DNA of 33,758 bases from an uncultured Gammaproteobacteria bacterium (GCA_964405175.1 CAYOMV010000003.1:1-33758); one strand, 5' to 3'. Positions 16,972 through 24,181 are shown, counted from the stretch's first letter. Translations and numbers: made by a program. The notes: generated by a model not told the origin, from the letters alone.

Positions 16972-16991
16972 CAGCCTACCGGCTGCTTTTC
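16971..16991 (+). terminator. Intrinsic terminator
   Basis: GCAGCC (16971-16976) / GGCTGC (16981-16986), loop TACC, followed by TTTT. Confidence 0.7.
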
Positions 16992-17015
16992 AAAAGCTGA
17001 TGAATTCCATATAAA

Positions 17016-17663
17016 TTAATTCAGGGCGCTGAATCCCAAACGAGCCTTAATAAGTAAATCTTCCAATTCATCACGACTTGGCATTACTTCCATTTTCCAA
17101 ACCGCATACGCTACAGTGCTCAAATACTTTTGCCGTTTCTCGGGTAGAACCAACATCATCGCATCATGCACTTGCGTCAACCTTTCCGGGTTCTGCACTA
17201 AAAGACCCCAATCGGCAGCCAATGCATGCTTGGAAACATGCTCACTTATTTCTTCAAAAGCCCTTGCCGCCTCTTCAACAAATCTTTTAGCTCGCAACCA
17301 GGCGGAAAACTGAACGATATTAAAACCGCACAAAGTCGATAGGTAGGCGCTAAAAGAATTCACTAAAATACTTTGTTTATCCTGATCAATCCGCAAAGAT
17401 TCCAAATCCGTATCCAAAGAAGTAAACAATAACCTTAACAAAAAATCATAAACTTCCTCATCCAAACTACCTTTACCTATCGCGGCCAATTCCACGTCTT
17501 GATTTACGCAATAGCACATATCTCTGCACGCGATCGGCACTTTATCTTCACTGAACGCCATTTGCGATAAGGGTCCTTTGTGGATAAAAACAATTTTCTC
17601 AACTCCCATCTGCGGAGCAATCTTTGCAACTCTCCTGGCCACAGCTGTAACAAATTCCAGCAT
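17016..17663 (-). CDS. Hypothetical cytoplasmic protein (215 aa)
   Basis: ATG 17663 with AAGGAG 8 nt upstream; the ORF-track TTG at 17681 overlaps that RBS region. Helical, with no recognisable domain. Confidence 0.6.
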   Translation of the reverse strand: MLEFVTAVARRVAKIAPQMGVEKIVFIHKGPLSQMAFSEDKVPIACRDMCYCVNQDVELAAIGKGSLDEEVYDFLLRLLFTSLDTDLESLRIDQDKQSILVNSFSAYLSTLCGFNIVQFSAWLRAKRFVEEAARAFEEISEHVSKHALAADWGLLVQNPERLTQVHDAMMLVLPEKRQKYLSTVAYAVWKMEVMPSRDELEDLLIKARLGFSALN

Positions 17664-17698
17664 CCCTGTTTCTCCTTTCAATATCCGTTTAATTATAA

Positions 17699-17727
17699 AT
17701 TAAACAAAAAAAATAAGCGCTTGTCAA
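17699..17727 (-). promoter_or_regulatory. Sigma70-like promoter for 17016..17663
   Basis: Minus strand: TTGACA (plus coordinates 17722-17727), 17-nt spacer, TTTAAT (17699-17704). Confidence 0.45.
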
Positions 17728-17739
17728 TATGCCCACAAT

Positions 17740-17770
17740 CTAGAAGCTAGAGGCTAGAAGCTAGAGGCTA
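17740..17770. repeat. Heptamer array CTAGAAG/CTAGAGG x4.4
   Basis: ctagaag ctagagg ctagaag ctagagg cta. Confidence 0.9.
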
Positions 17771-17771
17771 T

Positions 17772-18338
17772 TTATAAGTTATTCATTATCTTCACCATCA
17801 ACTCTCTCTCCGCCTGTTGGTTAGCCTCATGATCAAGCCTGCCAAGAGAAACGTCCACTGTTATCAAAACACTTTTATTTTTCGCCAAAGTATACAAAGC
17901 CCCCCCTCCCACAAAATCCATTTTTGTTTGATAACTGGCATCGCCCAAATCATCAACCTCAGCCACGCCATCTAAAAAATCTTTCTGCGCGTTATACAAT
18001 TCTTCCGCGTTCATGTCGCTCATCATATCTTTAGATTGCTGCACCGTAATCTGTGCCATCGTAACGGCATCTTCACTGGGTACGTCATAAACGCAAAGCT
18101 TTTGCCCTGTCGCGTTTCTGGGGCTGGTATCATTTTCAATAATCGTGGAATCAACTCCAAACAAGGCATCAATCTCCGATTTATCAATTAAATCGCAAGG
18201 ATTTAAGTTTTTCGCATCCGGTTGTGCTATTGACCCCGAATTATTGTTATTTGTTCGTTCTTCGGTATTCTGCTCCTCGCATCCCGCGCCAAATAAGGCT
18301 AAAATTAGCAAAATTGGTAAAATATGTGTCAATTTCAT
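17772..18338 (-). CDS. Putative lipoprotein or secreted protein (188 aa)
   Basis: MKLTHILPILLILALFGAGCEEQ (signal peptide with Cys). A perfect TATAAT (plus coordinates 18348-18353) lies 9 nt upstream of the ATG with no SD. Confidence 0.65.
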   Translation of the reverse strand: MKLTHILPILLILALFGAGCEEQNTEERTNNNNSGSIAQPDAKNLNPCDLIDKSEIDALFGVDSTIIENDTSPRNATGQKLCVYDVPSEDAVTMAQITVQQSKDMMSDMNAEELYNAQKDFLDGVAEVDDLGDASYQTKMDFVGGGALYTLAKNKSVLITVDVSLGRLDHEANQQAERELMVKIMNNL

Positions 18339-18360
18339 AACAAAACCATTATAACAAGGA

Positions 18361-18389
18361 TTGACAATAACCGCTATTTATGATAATAA
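18361..18389 (+). promoter_or_regulatory. Extended -10 promoter driving the non-coding unit
   Basis: TTGACA (18361-18366), 17-nt spacer ending in TGA, then TAATAA (18384-18389). Confidence 0.45.
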
Positions 18390-18396
18390 GCCATGT

Positions 18397-18808
18397 CCTG
18401 GAGGCCTTGCCCGGCCCCCGGGACACTCTCAAAATATAAAGTCCCTTCACAAATCTTCGAGACTATAAATTTGAGAGAACAAGCATGCCTTAAGCAAAGG
18501 GCAAATACCGAAAGCAAGGCGCGCTTTCGTAAACATAAGACTGTTATCGCATAGCGAAGCAGTCTGTCGCATGAGGCGAGGAGAGAATTTAAACCGCACT
18601 CGGTTAACGAGGCGGACAAGGAGGAAGCCGCAGCAGGAGTGCGCGGCACTGTCGGGTCGAATGACCTGGCAAGGTCGGGTCGAATGACCTGACAAAAGAG
18701 GAGATCTTAAAAACTTAAGCATGCTTAGCCCATGACGTAGGGACACTGTCCCGCCCATGGGACAGGTAAAATCGCTAACCGCCGCGACATTTGTCAAAGC
18801 GGTTTTTT
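18397..18808 (+). ncRNA. Candidate structured non-coding RNA or very long leader, family unassigned
   Basis: No credible ORF. Bounded by a promoter and a hairpin-T6 terminator. Many local helices and one long-range 13-bp helix. Contains a tandem duplicated 18-nt hairpin. Details are in the findings. Confidence 0.5.
18777..18808 (+). terminator. Intrinsic terminator ending the non-coding unit
   Basis: AACCGC (18777-18782) / GCGGTT (18799-18804) with inner GACA/TGTC, followed by T6. Confidence 0.6.
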
Positions 18809-18816
18809 CTTTGAAC

Positions 18817-18851
18817 CTCTTTGCACTTTGTACTTTATACTTTATACTGAT
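18817..18851. repeat. Heptamer array CACTTTG/TACTTTA (5 copies) that also supplies promoter-like hexamers
   Basis: ctctttg cactttg tacttta tacttta tactgat. Contains TTGCAC (18821-18826), a 16-nt spacer and TATACT (18843-18848), 9 nt before ATG 18858. Confidence 0.85.
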
Positions 18852-18857
18852 TGTAAT

Positions 18858-19829
18858 ATGAAGTTCGACATAGTCTGCATCGGCGAATGTCTGCGCGACA
18901 TTTTTTACATAATCGACGAAGCCTCTGTTAGCTGTACCATTAACAAAGAACGCTGTCTGCTTTGTTTGGAATACGCGGAAAAAATTCCCGTCAAAGACGT
19001 TATCAAAGTCAAAGCCGCCGGAAACTCAGCCAATGCGGCCGTCAGCGCCTCTCGACTTGGTTTAACCGGTGCCTTGGTTAGCTGGGCCGGCCCTGATTTT
19101 GCCGGCGATCAAATCGAAGAAGCCCTGGGAGAAGAAAATATAGATATTTCGTTGCTAAGCCGACGCAAAGGCCAGCAAACCAGCGAAGCAACACTGCTAA
19201 GCTATCAAGGCGAACGCACGCAATTGCTCTTCTTTAAACCCCGCGATTACAAACTGCCCAAACTGCCCGCAACCGATTGGATCTATTACAGCGCAATGGG
19301 CAAAAAATTCGATTCTTTTGATAAAGAACTTATTACGTACCTGCAAAAAAATAACCATAAATTCGCTTTCCAGCCCGGCACCACTCATGTTCACAAGGGT
19401 TTAAAATATCTTAAACCTCTAATTAAACTTTGCGACATATACATACTCAACAAAGAAGAAGCTCAATATATTTTAGACGGCAGAGAACGTCCCATAAAAA
19501 ATTTACTCGAAGATTTCCATAAACTCGGCGCCAAAACCATCGTCATCACCAATGGCAAAGACGGCGCTTATGCTTTTGACGGCAAAACTTTTTGGCACAT
19601 GCCCATCTTCAAAGGCGACGCCAAAGAACGCACCGGCGCTGGCGATGCCTTCGCGGCCGGCTTTACAGTCGCAAAGATGCAGGGCAAAGACATTCCCGAA
19701 GCATTGCGTTGGGGTACGGCCAATTCCTGGAGTGTGGTCCGTGAAGTCGGCCCTCAAAAAGGCTTGCTGACAAAGACGAAGATGCAAACCATCCTCAAAC
19801 GCTTCAAAACCAAAGCTAAAAAAATCTAA
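18858..19829 (+). CDS. PfkB-family carbohydrate or nucleoside kinase (ribokinase-like)
   Basis: Starts MKFDIVCIGECLRD. GNSANAA, and the C-terminal TGAGDAFAAGF anion-hole motif. Confidence 0.85.
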   Translation: MKFDIVCIGECLRDIFYIIDEASVSCTINKERCLLCLEYAEKIPVKDVIKVKAAGNSANAAVSASRLGLTGALVSWAGPDFAGDQIEEALGEENIDISLLSRRKGQQTSEATLLSYQGERTQLLFFKPRDYKLPKLPATDWIYYSAMGKKFDSFDKELITYLQKNNHKFAFQPGTTHVHKGLKYLKPLIKLCDIYILNKEEAQYILDGRERPIKNLLEDFHKLGAKTIVITNGKDGAYAFDGKTFWHMPIFKGDAKERTGAGDAFAAGFTVAKMQGKDIPEALRWGTANSWSVVREVGPQKGLLTKTKMQTILKRFKTKAKKI

Positions 19830-19944
19830 CACAGTACAAAACCATCAAATAGAAAAGAGTTAAAAGTTCAATCCGTTCGACGTTTGACGCAATTCGTATT
19901 TTTTGTTTAAATCCTCTCATCGTACCTTAAAGGAGGTTTTTTTA

Positions 19945-20280
19945 ATGTCCGAAGCCGGCAACAGGGCTGTTTACTACAACCCTAATGACTTCAACGATAA
20001 TGACCAAGAAGATACGTACAAAGATCGCAAAGCAAGTGAAATCGATGTCCGCAACTTAACCCAACAAGAATTACAAGAACTCACAGACACCGAACTCCGC
20101 CGTTGCCTAAACGGAGCCGAAGCCAGATCCAAAATGCCGGGTTTACGCGGCTCAGGCGGCGCCAAAGACTATCGCAAACTACTCGCCGAATTCAAACGTC
20201 GTCATCCCGGCCGCAAACCACCGCGTTGGCGTTCTATCGCGCCACCCCCGCGCAACCCTCCCAAAAACTCAAACGACTGA
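19945..20280 (+). CDS. Hypothetical highly charged protein (111 aa) with basic Pro-rich tail
   Basis: ATG 19945 is preceded by AAGGAGG. Terminator follows at 20279-20298. Confidence 0.5.
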   Translation: MSEAGNRAVYYNPNDFNDNDQEDTYKDRKASEIDVRNLTQQELQELTDTELRRCLNGAEARSKMPGLRGSGGAKDYRKLLAEFKRRHPGRKPPRWRSIAPPPRNPPKNSND

Positions 20281-20298
20281 CCCATCCGGGTCTTTTTT
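20279..20298 (+). terminator. Intrinsic terminator
   Basis: GACCC (20279-20283) / GGGTC (20288-20292) followed by T6. Confidence 0.7.
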
Positions 20299-20421
20299 GT
20301 TAACCACCTGACAAAATTATTTGGCTAAAACACTAAACAAATTACTCATAAAACGTCATCCTGAACTTGATTCAGGATCTAAAAAATAGCTTATTTTAGC
20401 CAAATTACTTGCTAAGCACCC

Positions 20422-20450
20422 TTGACAAATTGCCAATTTCATGCTATGCT
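20422..20450 (+). promoter_or_regulatory. Sigma70-like promoter at the start of the lipoprotein block
   Basis: TTGACA (20422-20427), 17-nt spacer, TATGCT (20445-20450). Implies a hairpin-rich leader of about 280 nt before ATG 20738. Confidence 0.45.
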
Positions 20451-20484
20451 ATCCGGTTCAAAACCAAAAAACTCTAATTCCTGT

Positions 20485-20509
20485 GTAGAGGCGAACCTAG
20501 TGTTCGCCC
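20485..20509. repeat. GTAGAGGCGAACCTAGTGTTCGCCC palindromic unit
   Basis: 19 of 20 identical to GGCGAACCTTGTGTTCGCCC at 8507-8526. Followed by the hairpins CCCCCTTTCAGAAAGGGGG and CCCGACGAATGTCGGGG. Confidence 0.8.
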
Positions 20510-20577
20510 GCGGCGACCCACTCCAGCCCCCTTTCAGAAAGGGGGTGTCCCGACGAATGTCGGGGCGTACGAATACT

Positions 20578-20695
20578 CTCGGCTTCCCTTCCTACCGTAC
20601 GAATTACGAATCTTGAACGAATTACGAATCAATTTCAAAGCCATTCGTAATTCGCGCTTATTCGTAATTCGTAAAGTGAGAAGGGAATAATCCCA
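20578..20695. repeat. Composite palindromic element, copy 1 (118 nt)
   Basis: Outer stem TTCCCTTC/GAAGGGAA. Inner arms are TACGAAT heptamer repeats facing ATTCGTA repeats. Ends 43 nt before ATG 20738. Confidence 0.85.
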
Positions 20696-20737
20696 CGCAC
20701 CTCAACCCCGCCCCAAAAGGGGCAAAGGAGATTGAAA

Positions 20738-21445
20738 ATGAATCGTTCAACCATGTTTGTATCTTGTTTCTTGGTAGTATTTGTATATATTTTATGTGGC
20801 TGCTCCGCAAAGCAACCCCATGAGGCTCATACGGTGATCCGAGTGAGCGCAGAACCGAGATCGGAATATCCTTTATTTGAAGAGGACCCACCTACCTGGG
20901 TAACGCACTGCATTTTGAAAAGCGAATTGAAACCACCGAGTTTCAATTTGCTGAGCTACCCTCAAATGAACCTGGAGACGCAGATAGAACAAGAAACACG
21001 GCTTCAATTCCGTGTCCCAGAATACCAAGAGAATGGCATTCGTATCGATCCCGAGCTTTGGCAAGAAATGTATGTTGGCCGTATCATAGGCAACTTCTAC
21101 ATTTCAAATATCAATAAAAAGGCCAAAGCTGCAATGCAATTAATGAGCAATCAACAGAATCTTAGGTGGTATGAAATAGCGCCGAGGTCATATAAAAGCT
21201 CCTTTATTGGATTGCTTTCCGCTCGCACTGCGCATGGAGAGATACACGGAGTCTTTAGCGACTTAAATGCGCACGAAGAATGCCGAGAAAACTTCCGTTA
21301 CTTATTCGATTTGGATGAGCTAGACTATAAAGGCAAGCTCTTCAGAAACAACGCCGGAATGACCGGCTTGTTGAGCTTTCAGCCCGAATATGTCGAACTT
21401 ATCCTACCTGGAAGCGGACCGATCTGCGTCCAGGTTAATTCCTAA
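20738..21445 (+). CDS. Putative lipoprotein (235 aa), no known domain
   Basis: AAAGGAG RBS 7 nt upstream. MNRSTMFVSCFLVVFVYILCGCS has a lipobox-like LCGC. The 5' end is shared with 22234. Confidence 0.6.
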   Translation: MNRSTMFVSCFLVVFVYILCGCSAKQPHEAHTVIRVSAEPRSEYPLFEEDPPTWVTHCILKSELKPPSFNLLSYPQMNLETQIEQETRLQFRVPEYQENGIRIDPELWQEMYVGRIIGNFYISNINKKAKAAMQLMSNQQNLRWYEIAPRSYKSSFIGLLSARTAHGEIHGVFSDLNAHEECRENFRYLFDLDELDYKGKLFRNNAGMTGLLSFQPEYVELILPGSGPICVQVNS

Positions 21446-21479
21446 CCCACCTCCCCAGCCGACTCGCAACTCCGCGACC

Positions 21480-21578
21480 CTCGGCTTCCCTTCCCACCAT
21501 ACGAATTACGAATCTTGAACGAATTACGAATCGTTTCAAAGCCATTCGTAATTCGTAAAGTGAGAAGGGAATAACCCA
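21480..21578. repeat. Composite palindromic element, copy 2 (99 nt)
   Basis: Colinear with copy 1 apart from a 17-nt deletion in the 3' arm and a few substitutions. Ends 35 nt before the 21613 start. Confidence 0.85.
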
Positions 21579-21612
21579 AACTCTTTCGACAACCAAAGAA
21601 AGGATTAAATAA

Positions 21613-21882
21613 TTGAAAAAACAAGACTGGAAGAACCTGGCAATCTTCCTGTTTCTCGTACTGCTCACCAGCCCGCTGATTTATTACACAGCGTGCTGGA
21701 TGTTCAGCTTCGATGAAGAGACGCCTAAAGCGAAAAGCATCGGACCCATCATGGGCATCCGTAAAGGCGAAACTCTTCTCATCGGCGCCTCTCGCACCTG
21801 CCCGGTCATCCCGACCAGCTTGTGCGAAGGCAAGTCTCTCATCGTCACAACCCCGCCCACTGACGAGCCCACTCGGCTCTGA
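21613..21882 (+). CDS. Hypothetical small membrane-anchored protein (89 aa, TTG start)
   Basis: One TM helix NLAIFLFLVLLTSPLIYY. AAGGA lies 9 nt upstream. The start is uncertain. Confidence 0.4.
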   Translation: MKKQDWKNLAIFLFLVLLTSPLIYYTACWMFSFDEETPKAKSIGPIMGIRKGETLLIGASRTCPVIPTSLCEGKSLIVTTPPTDEPTRL

Positions 21883-21893
21883 AAGGAGTGATG

Positions 21894-22214
21894 ATGAAAC
21901 ACATCATCTACACAGTGTTGACGATAATCGGAATCATGGTCTTCGCGACTGCCCTCGCTAGCCTCACCGGCTGCGGCGGTTCCAGCCAAGCACTCAACTT
22001 GGCCAAGCAGAATCGCCAAGATATCAAGTACGAGCAACGAGATCGCGAGATCGCCGATGAACAGCTCCAAAAAGCTATCAACCATCGGCATACGGAGATT
22101 TCGAATCTCCAGCACGAGCTCAAAAAGCTCCGTGCCGTCGTGGAAATCATCTGTTCCAAAAACCCGGAACAGTGCAAAGAGCAGATGCCTAAAGAACTAG
22201 ACCATTGGCGCTAA
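21894..22214 (+). CDS. Putative coiled-coil lipoprotein (106 aa)
   Basis: AGGAG 5 nt upstream of ATG 21894. Canonical lipobox LTGC. Heptad-like charged helix. Confidence 0.55.
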   Translation: MKHIIYTVLTIIGIMVFATALASLTGCGGSSQALNLAKQNRQDIKYEQRDREIADEQLQKAINHRHTEISNLQHELKKLRAVVEIICSKNPEQCKEQMPKELDHWR

Positions 22215-22233
22215 ACGCCGGAAAGGATACAAA

Positions 22234-23856
22234 ATGAACCGCAACATGCAAATGTTTGTATCTTGTATCTTGGTAATGTTTGGTCAATTTTTGTTCGGTT
22301 GTGGCGGAACAGACCACACCACGGTCGAATTCTACGAATCGCCCGAGATGTGCGTGCCTGGAATTTTCGCGGCTTGTTGGTGCGAATCCGGAGCAACCGG
22401 CCACCAGATCTGCCGCGAAGACGGCATGGCCTACGGCCACTGTGAGTGCCCCGACGAGCCCACCTACGACGCCGGCACTTCGCCCGAAACTTCCACACAG
22501 GAAGACGCGGGTACCGAGCCGGATGCGGAGACTGGTGCGGAAGCTGATGCGGAAGCTGATGCTAAGGCAGATACCCAAGCTGACGCCGCAGATGATGCCC
22601 AGGCGGATGCCGAAACGGATGCCGAGGCGGATGCCGGATCACACGATAAACTCGTGATCTACGGTGACGGACATCCACAGTCTTCTATCGTAATCGCAGG
22701 AAGCGAGGTCTGGAGGCCTTTTTCCAGATACAAGGCGTGCGCAAATTTCGAAAATGTTCGCATCAAGATCATTTCTCCACAATGTCTTGATGCTAACAAT
22801 GAATCCGCTATCCATGCCACCGGCGAAGTAGGTGTAGCGGTCGGCGGTGCACTGCAAGGCACCAGCGGATTCACTGGAGGCATTGATTTCCTAGACGTAT
22901 ATCTCGGCAACGGTTTCATAGTACCGGCCGGTGGTTGCGTCAAATTCGAAATTTGGGCAAAGATGAAAGATGTGCAACCGCATGGCGTTTGCACGCACTC
23001 ACATTGTCCGCGTTCCGGGCAAGCGCTCAAAATACGCGTTGGTCACAGTGCACAAGACTATTGGACTGACGCGGGGATAACGCCAGAATGGTATGGAAAA
23101 TTGTTCATTCATGCCTTTGGTGAAGTAAGCGGCGAACAAATTTACGCCGCAAAAGGCGCTTCGGAGCCAAACTTCATGGTCGTCCGCAAGAGCAAGCCGG
23201 TTGTGACACCGATGCAGCTCGCGAGCACCACCCTCGCAGCCGGTGAGCAAGAAATCGCACGCTGGCAAGTTGGTGCGGACAACGCAGGTGGAATCGCTTT
23301 CAAACAAGCGATGTTCACCATCAACAAAACCACGGGTGTGAGCCTAGGCAACTTCCGCCTCTACCGCGGAGCCACCATGCTCAACCTAGGTGAATTCAAC
23401 ATCAGAAATGCTGTTACGGCCGTAGACCTCAAAAGCGGTGTCGCAACCGACACGCAAACGACGGTCGCCGTTTCGCTCGTTGGCGAAGAACAAGTTGCGG
23501 GAGCCGGCAACGTCTACAGCCTGCGCGCTGTTCCAGCAGTGGTCGGCACTGGCAACTATATCAAGACCAAATTCTACACAAACATGCCCGAAAAGGCTGC
23601 ACCAGTTACCGGCTACCTGCTCAACAACGACGAATACACGCCATACGTCGCATCCTCCTACATATTCAACGTTGGGGATTATAGCGGCTGTGGCACCGGA
23701 AGCGATTGCTGGCACGCAATCGGTTCATTTGTGTGGTCTGATCTCTCCGAGATTCCGCACAACATCCAAACCCAGCCCTCCGGAGGTTCGCGTGACTGGT
23801 CGACTGACCAGCACATCGAAAACCTCACCGAAGCCCTCTGGACCCTCTCCAACTAG
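22234..23856 (+). CDS. Large putative lipoprotein: Cys-rich EGF-like module, acidic (DAxA)n linker, two beta-rich domains
   Basis: AAAGGA RBS. MNRNMQMFVSCILVMFGQFLFGCGG. CVPGIFAACWCESGATGHQICREDGMAYGHCEC. Acidic linker of about 38 aa. About 400 aa with no recognised domain. Terminator at 23886. Confidence 0.7.
   Translation: MNRNMQMFVSCILVMFGQFLFGCGGTDHTTVEFYESPEMCVPGIFAACWCESGATGHQICREDGMAYGHCECPDEPTYDAGTSPETSTQEDAGTEPDAETGAEADAEADAKADTQADAADDAQADAETDAEADAGSHDKLVIYGDGHPQSSIVIAGSEVWRPFSRYKACANFENVRIKIISPQCLDANNESAIHATGEVGVAVGGALQGTSGFTGGIDFLDVYLGNGFIVPAGGCVKFEIWAKMKDVQPHGVCTHSHCPRSGQALKIRVGHSAQDYWTDAGITPEWYGKLFIHAFGEVSGEQIYAAKGASEPNFMVVRKSKPVVTPMQLASTTLAAGEQEIARWQVGADNAGGIAFKQAMFTINKTTGVSLGNFRLYRGATMLNLGEFNIRNAVTAVDLKSGVATDTQTTVAVSLVGEEQVAGAGNVYSLRAVPAVVGTGNYIKTKFYTNMPEKAAPVTGYLLNNDEYTPYVASSYIFNVGDYSGCGTGSDCWHAIGSFVWSDLSEIPHNIQTQPSGGSRDWSTDQHIENLTEALWTLSN
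22522..22635 (+). repeat. 12-nt periodic coding repeat, (GAT GCN GAR RCN)n, encoding the DAxA linker
   Basis: gatgcggag actggtgcggaa gctgatgcggaa gctgatgctaag ... gatgccgaggcg gatgcc. Confidence 0.75.
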
Positions 23857-23885
23857 CACCTTCCCTTCGCCTCACCCTGAAGCAC

Positions 23886-23916
23886 CCCCGACCATTCCTT
23901 GACTCGGGGTTTTTTC
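23886..23916 (+). terminator. Intrinsic terminator
   Basis: CCCCGA (23886-23891) / TCGGGG (23904-23909) followed by T7. Confidence 0.7.
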
Positions 23917-24070
23917 TTTTTGAGTATGAAAAAAAACTTGTGTTTTTATAAAGCATCATTCCCCCGCCTCGATATTCATCGAGGCACCCCCTTTCACCCA
24001 TCTACGTCTAAAACTTCGCTGGGCAGGTAAAGGGGGCTTGCTAACTTCAAGACATAAGTCCTTAAAGCTA

Positions 24071-24138
24071 GAAGTCCGTAGGACGTAGTGGGGTAATCGG
24101 CTCGCCCCTCGAAGTCCGTAGGACGTAGTGGGGTAATC
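24071..24138. repeat. 28-nt direct repeat x2 (GAAGTCCGTAGGACGTAGTGGGGTAATC) with 12-nt spacer
   Basis: Perfect copies at 24071-24098 and 24111-24138. Each contains the hairpin GTCC-GTA-GGAC. Confidence 0.9.
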
Positions 24139-24153
24139 ATTAATCGGTAATTG

Positions 24154-24181
24154 ATATTTGGTATTTGGTATTTAATGTATT
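24154..24181. repeat. Heptamer array ATATTTG/GTATTTG (4 copies), reverse complement of the ACCAAAT units in the transketolase N-subunit gene
   Basis: atatttg gtatttg gtattta atgtatt. Abuts the stop codon of the DUF2207 gene. Confidence 0.85.

Noticed and set aside
18374-18797. Two minus-strand ORFs (91 and 116 aa) that would make the 18.4-18.8 kb region protein-coding.
   Set aside because: The translations are Arg/Leu/Cys/Ser-rich with no domain and no RBS. They overlap each other in different frames. The region is better explained by dense RNA-type helices between a promoter and a terminator on the plus strand.
18397-18808. Assigning the structured unit to RNase P RNA, tmRNA or SRP RNA.
   Set aside because: RNase P: there is an AAAGTCCC and a GAATGAC...ACAAAAG...CTTA stretch loosely resembling CR-I and the 3' region. 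However, the required P4 pairing (AAG-U-CC.. with ..GG-CUU) cannot be formed.

tmRNA: I found no T-arm/CCA end and no plausible tag ORF.

SRP: the domain IV GGAA/AGCA loop motif is absent.

An Rfam scan is still needed.
21684-23715. Long minus-strand and alternative-frame ORFs in the lipoprotein block (for example 21684..22115, 22189..22578, 22659..23030, 23438..23902).
   Set aside because: The plus-strand set has SD sites, lipoboxes, tight spacing and a terminator. The competitors are Arg/Pro/Ala-rich shadow ORFs without start signals.
20738-23856. Calling the lipoprotein block a horizontally acquired GC-rich island.
   Set aside because: Spot counts of single 60-nt lines gave 50-65 percent GC here. 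They gave similar values (50-60 percent) in the kinase, ileS and paralogue genes. Without a proper windowed computation the claim is not supportable.
24071-24138. The direct repeats, and the heptamer arrays in general, as a CRISPR array.
   Set aside because: There are only two copies with a 12-nt spacer. The heptamer arrays have no spacers at all, and no cas genes lie in the window.
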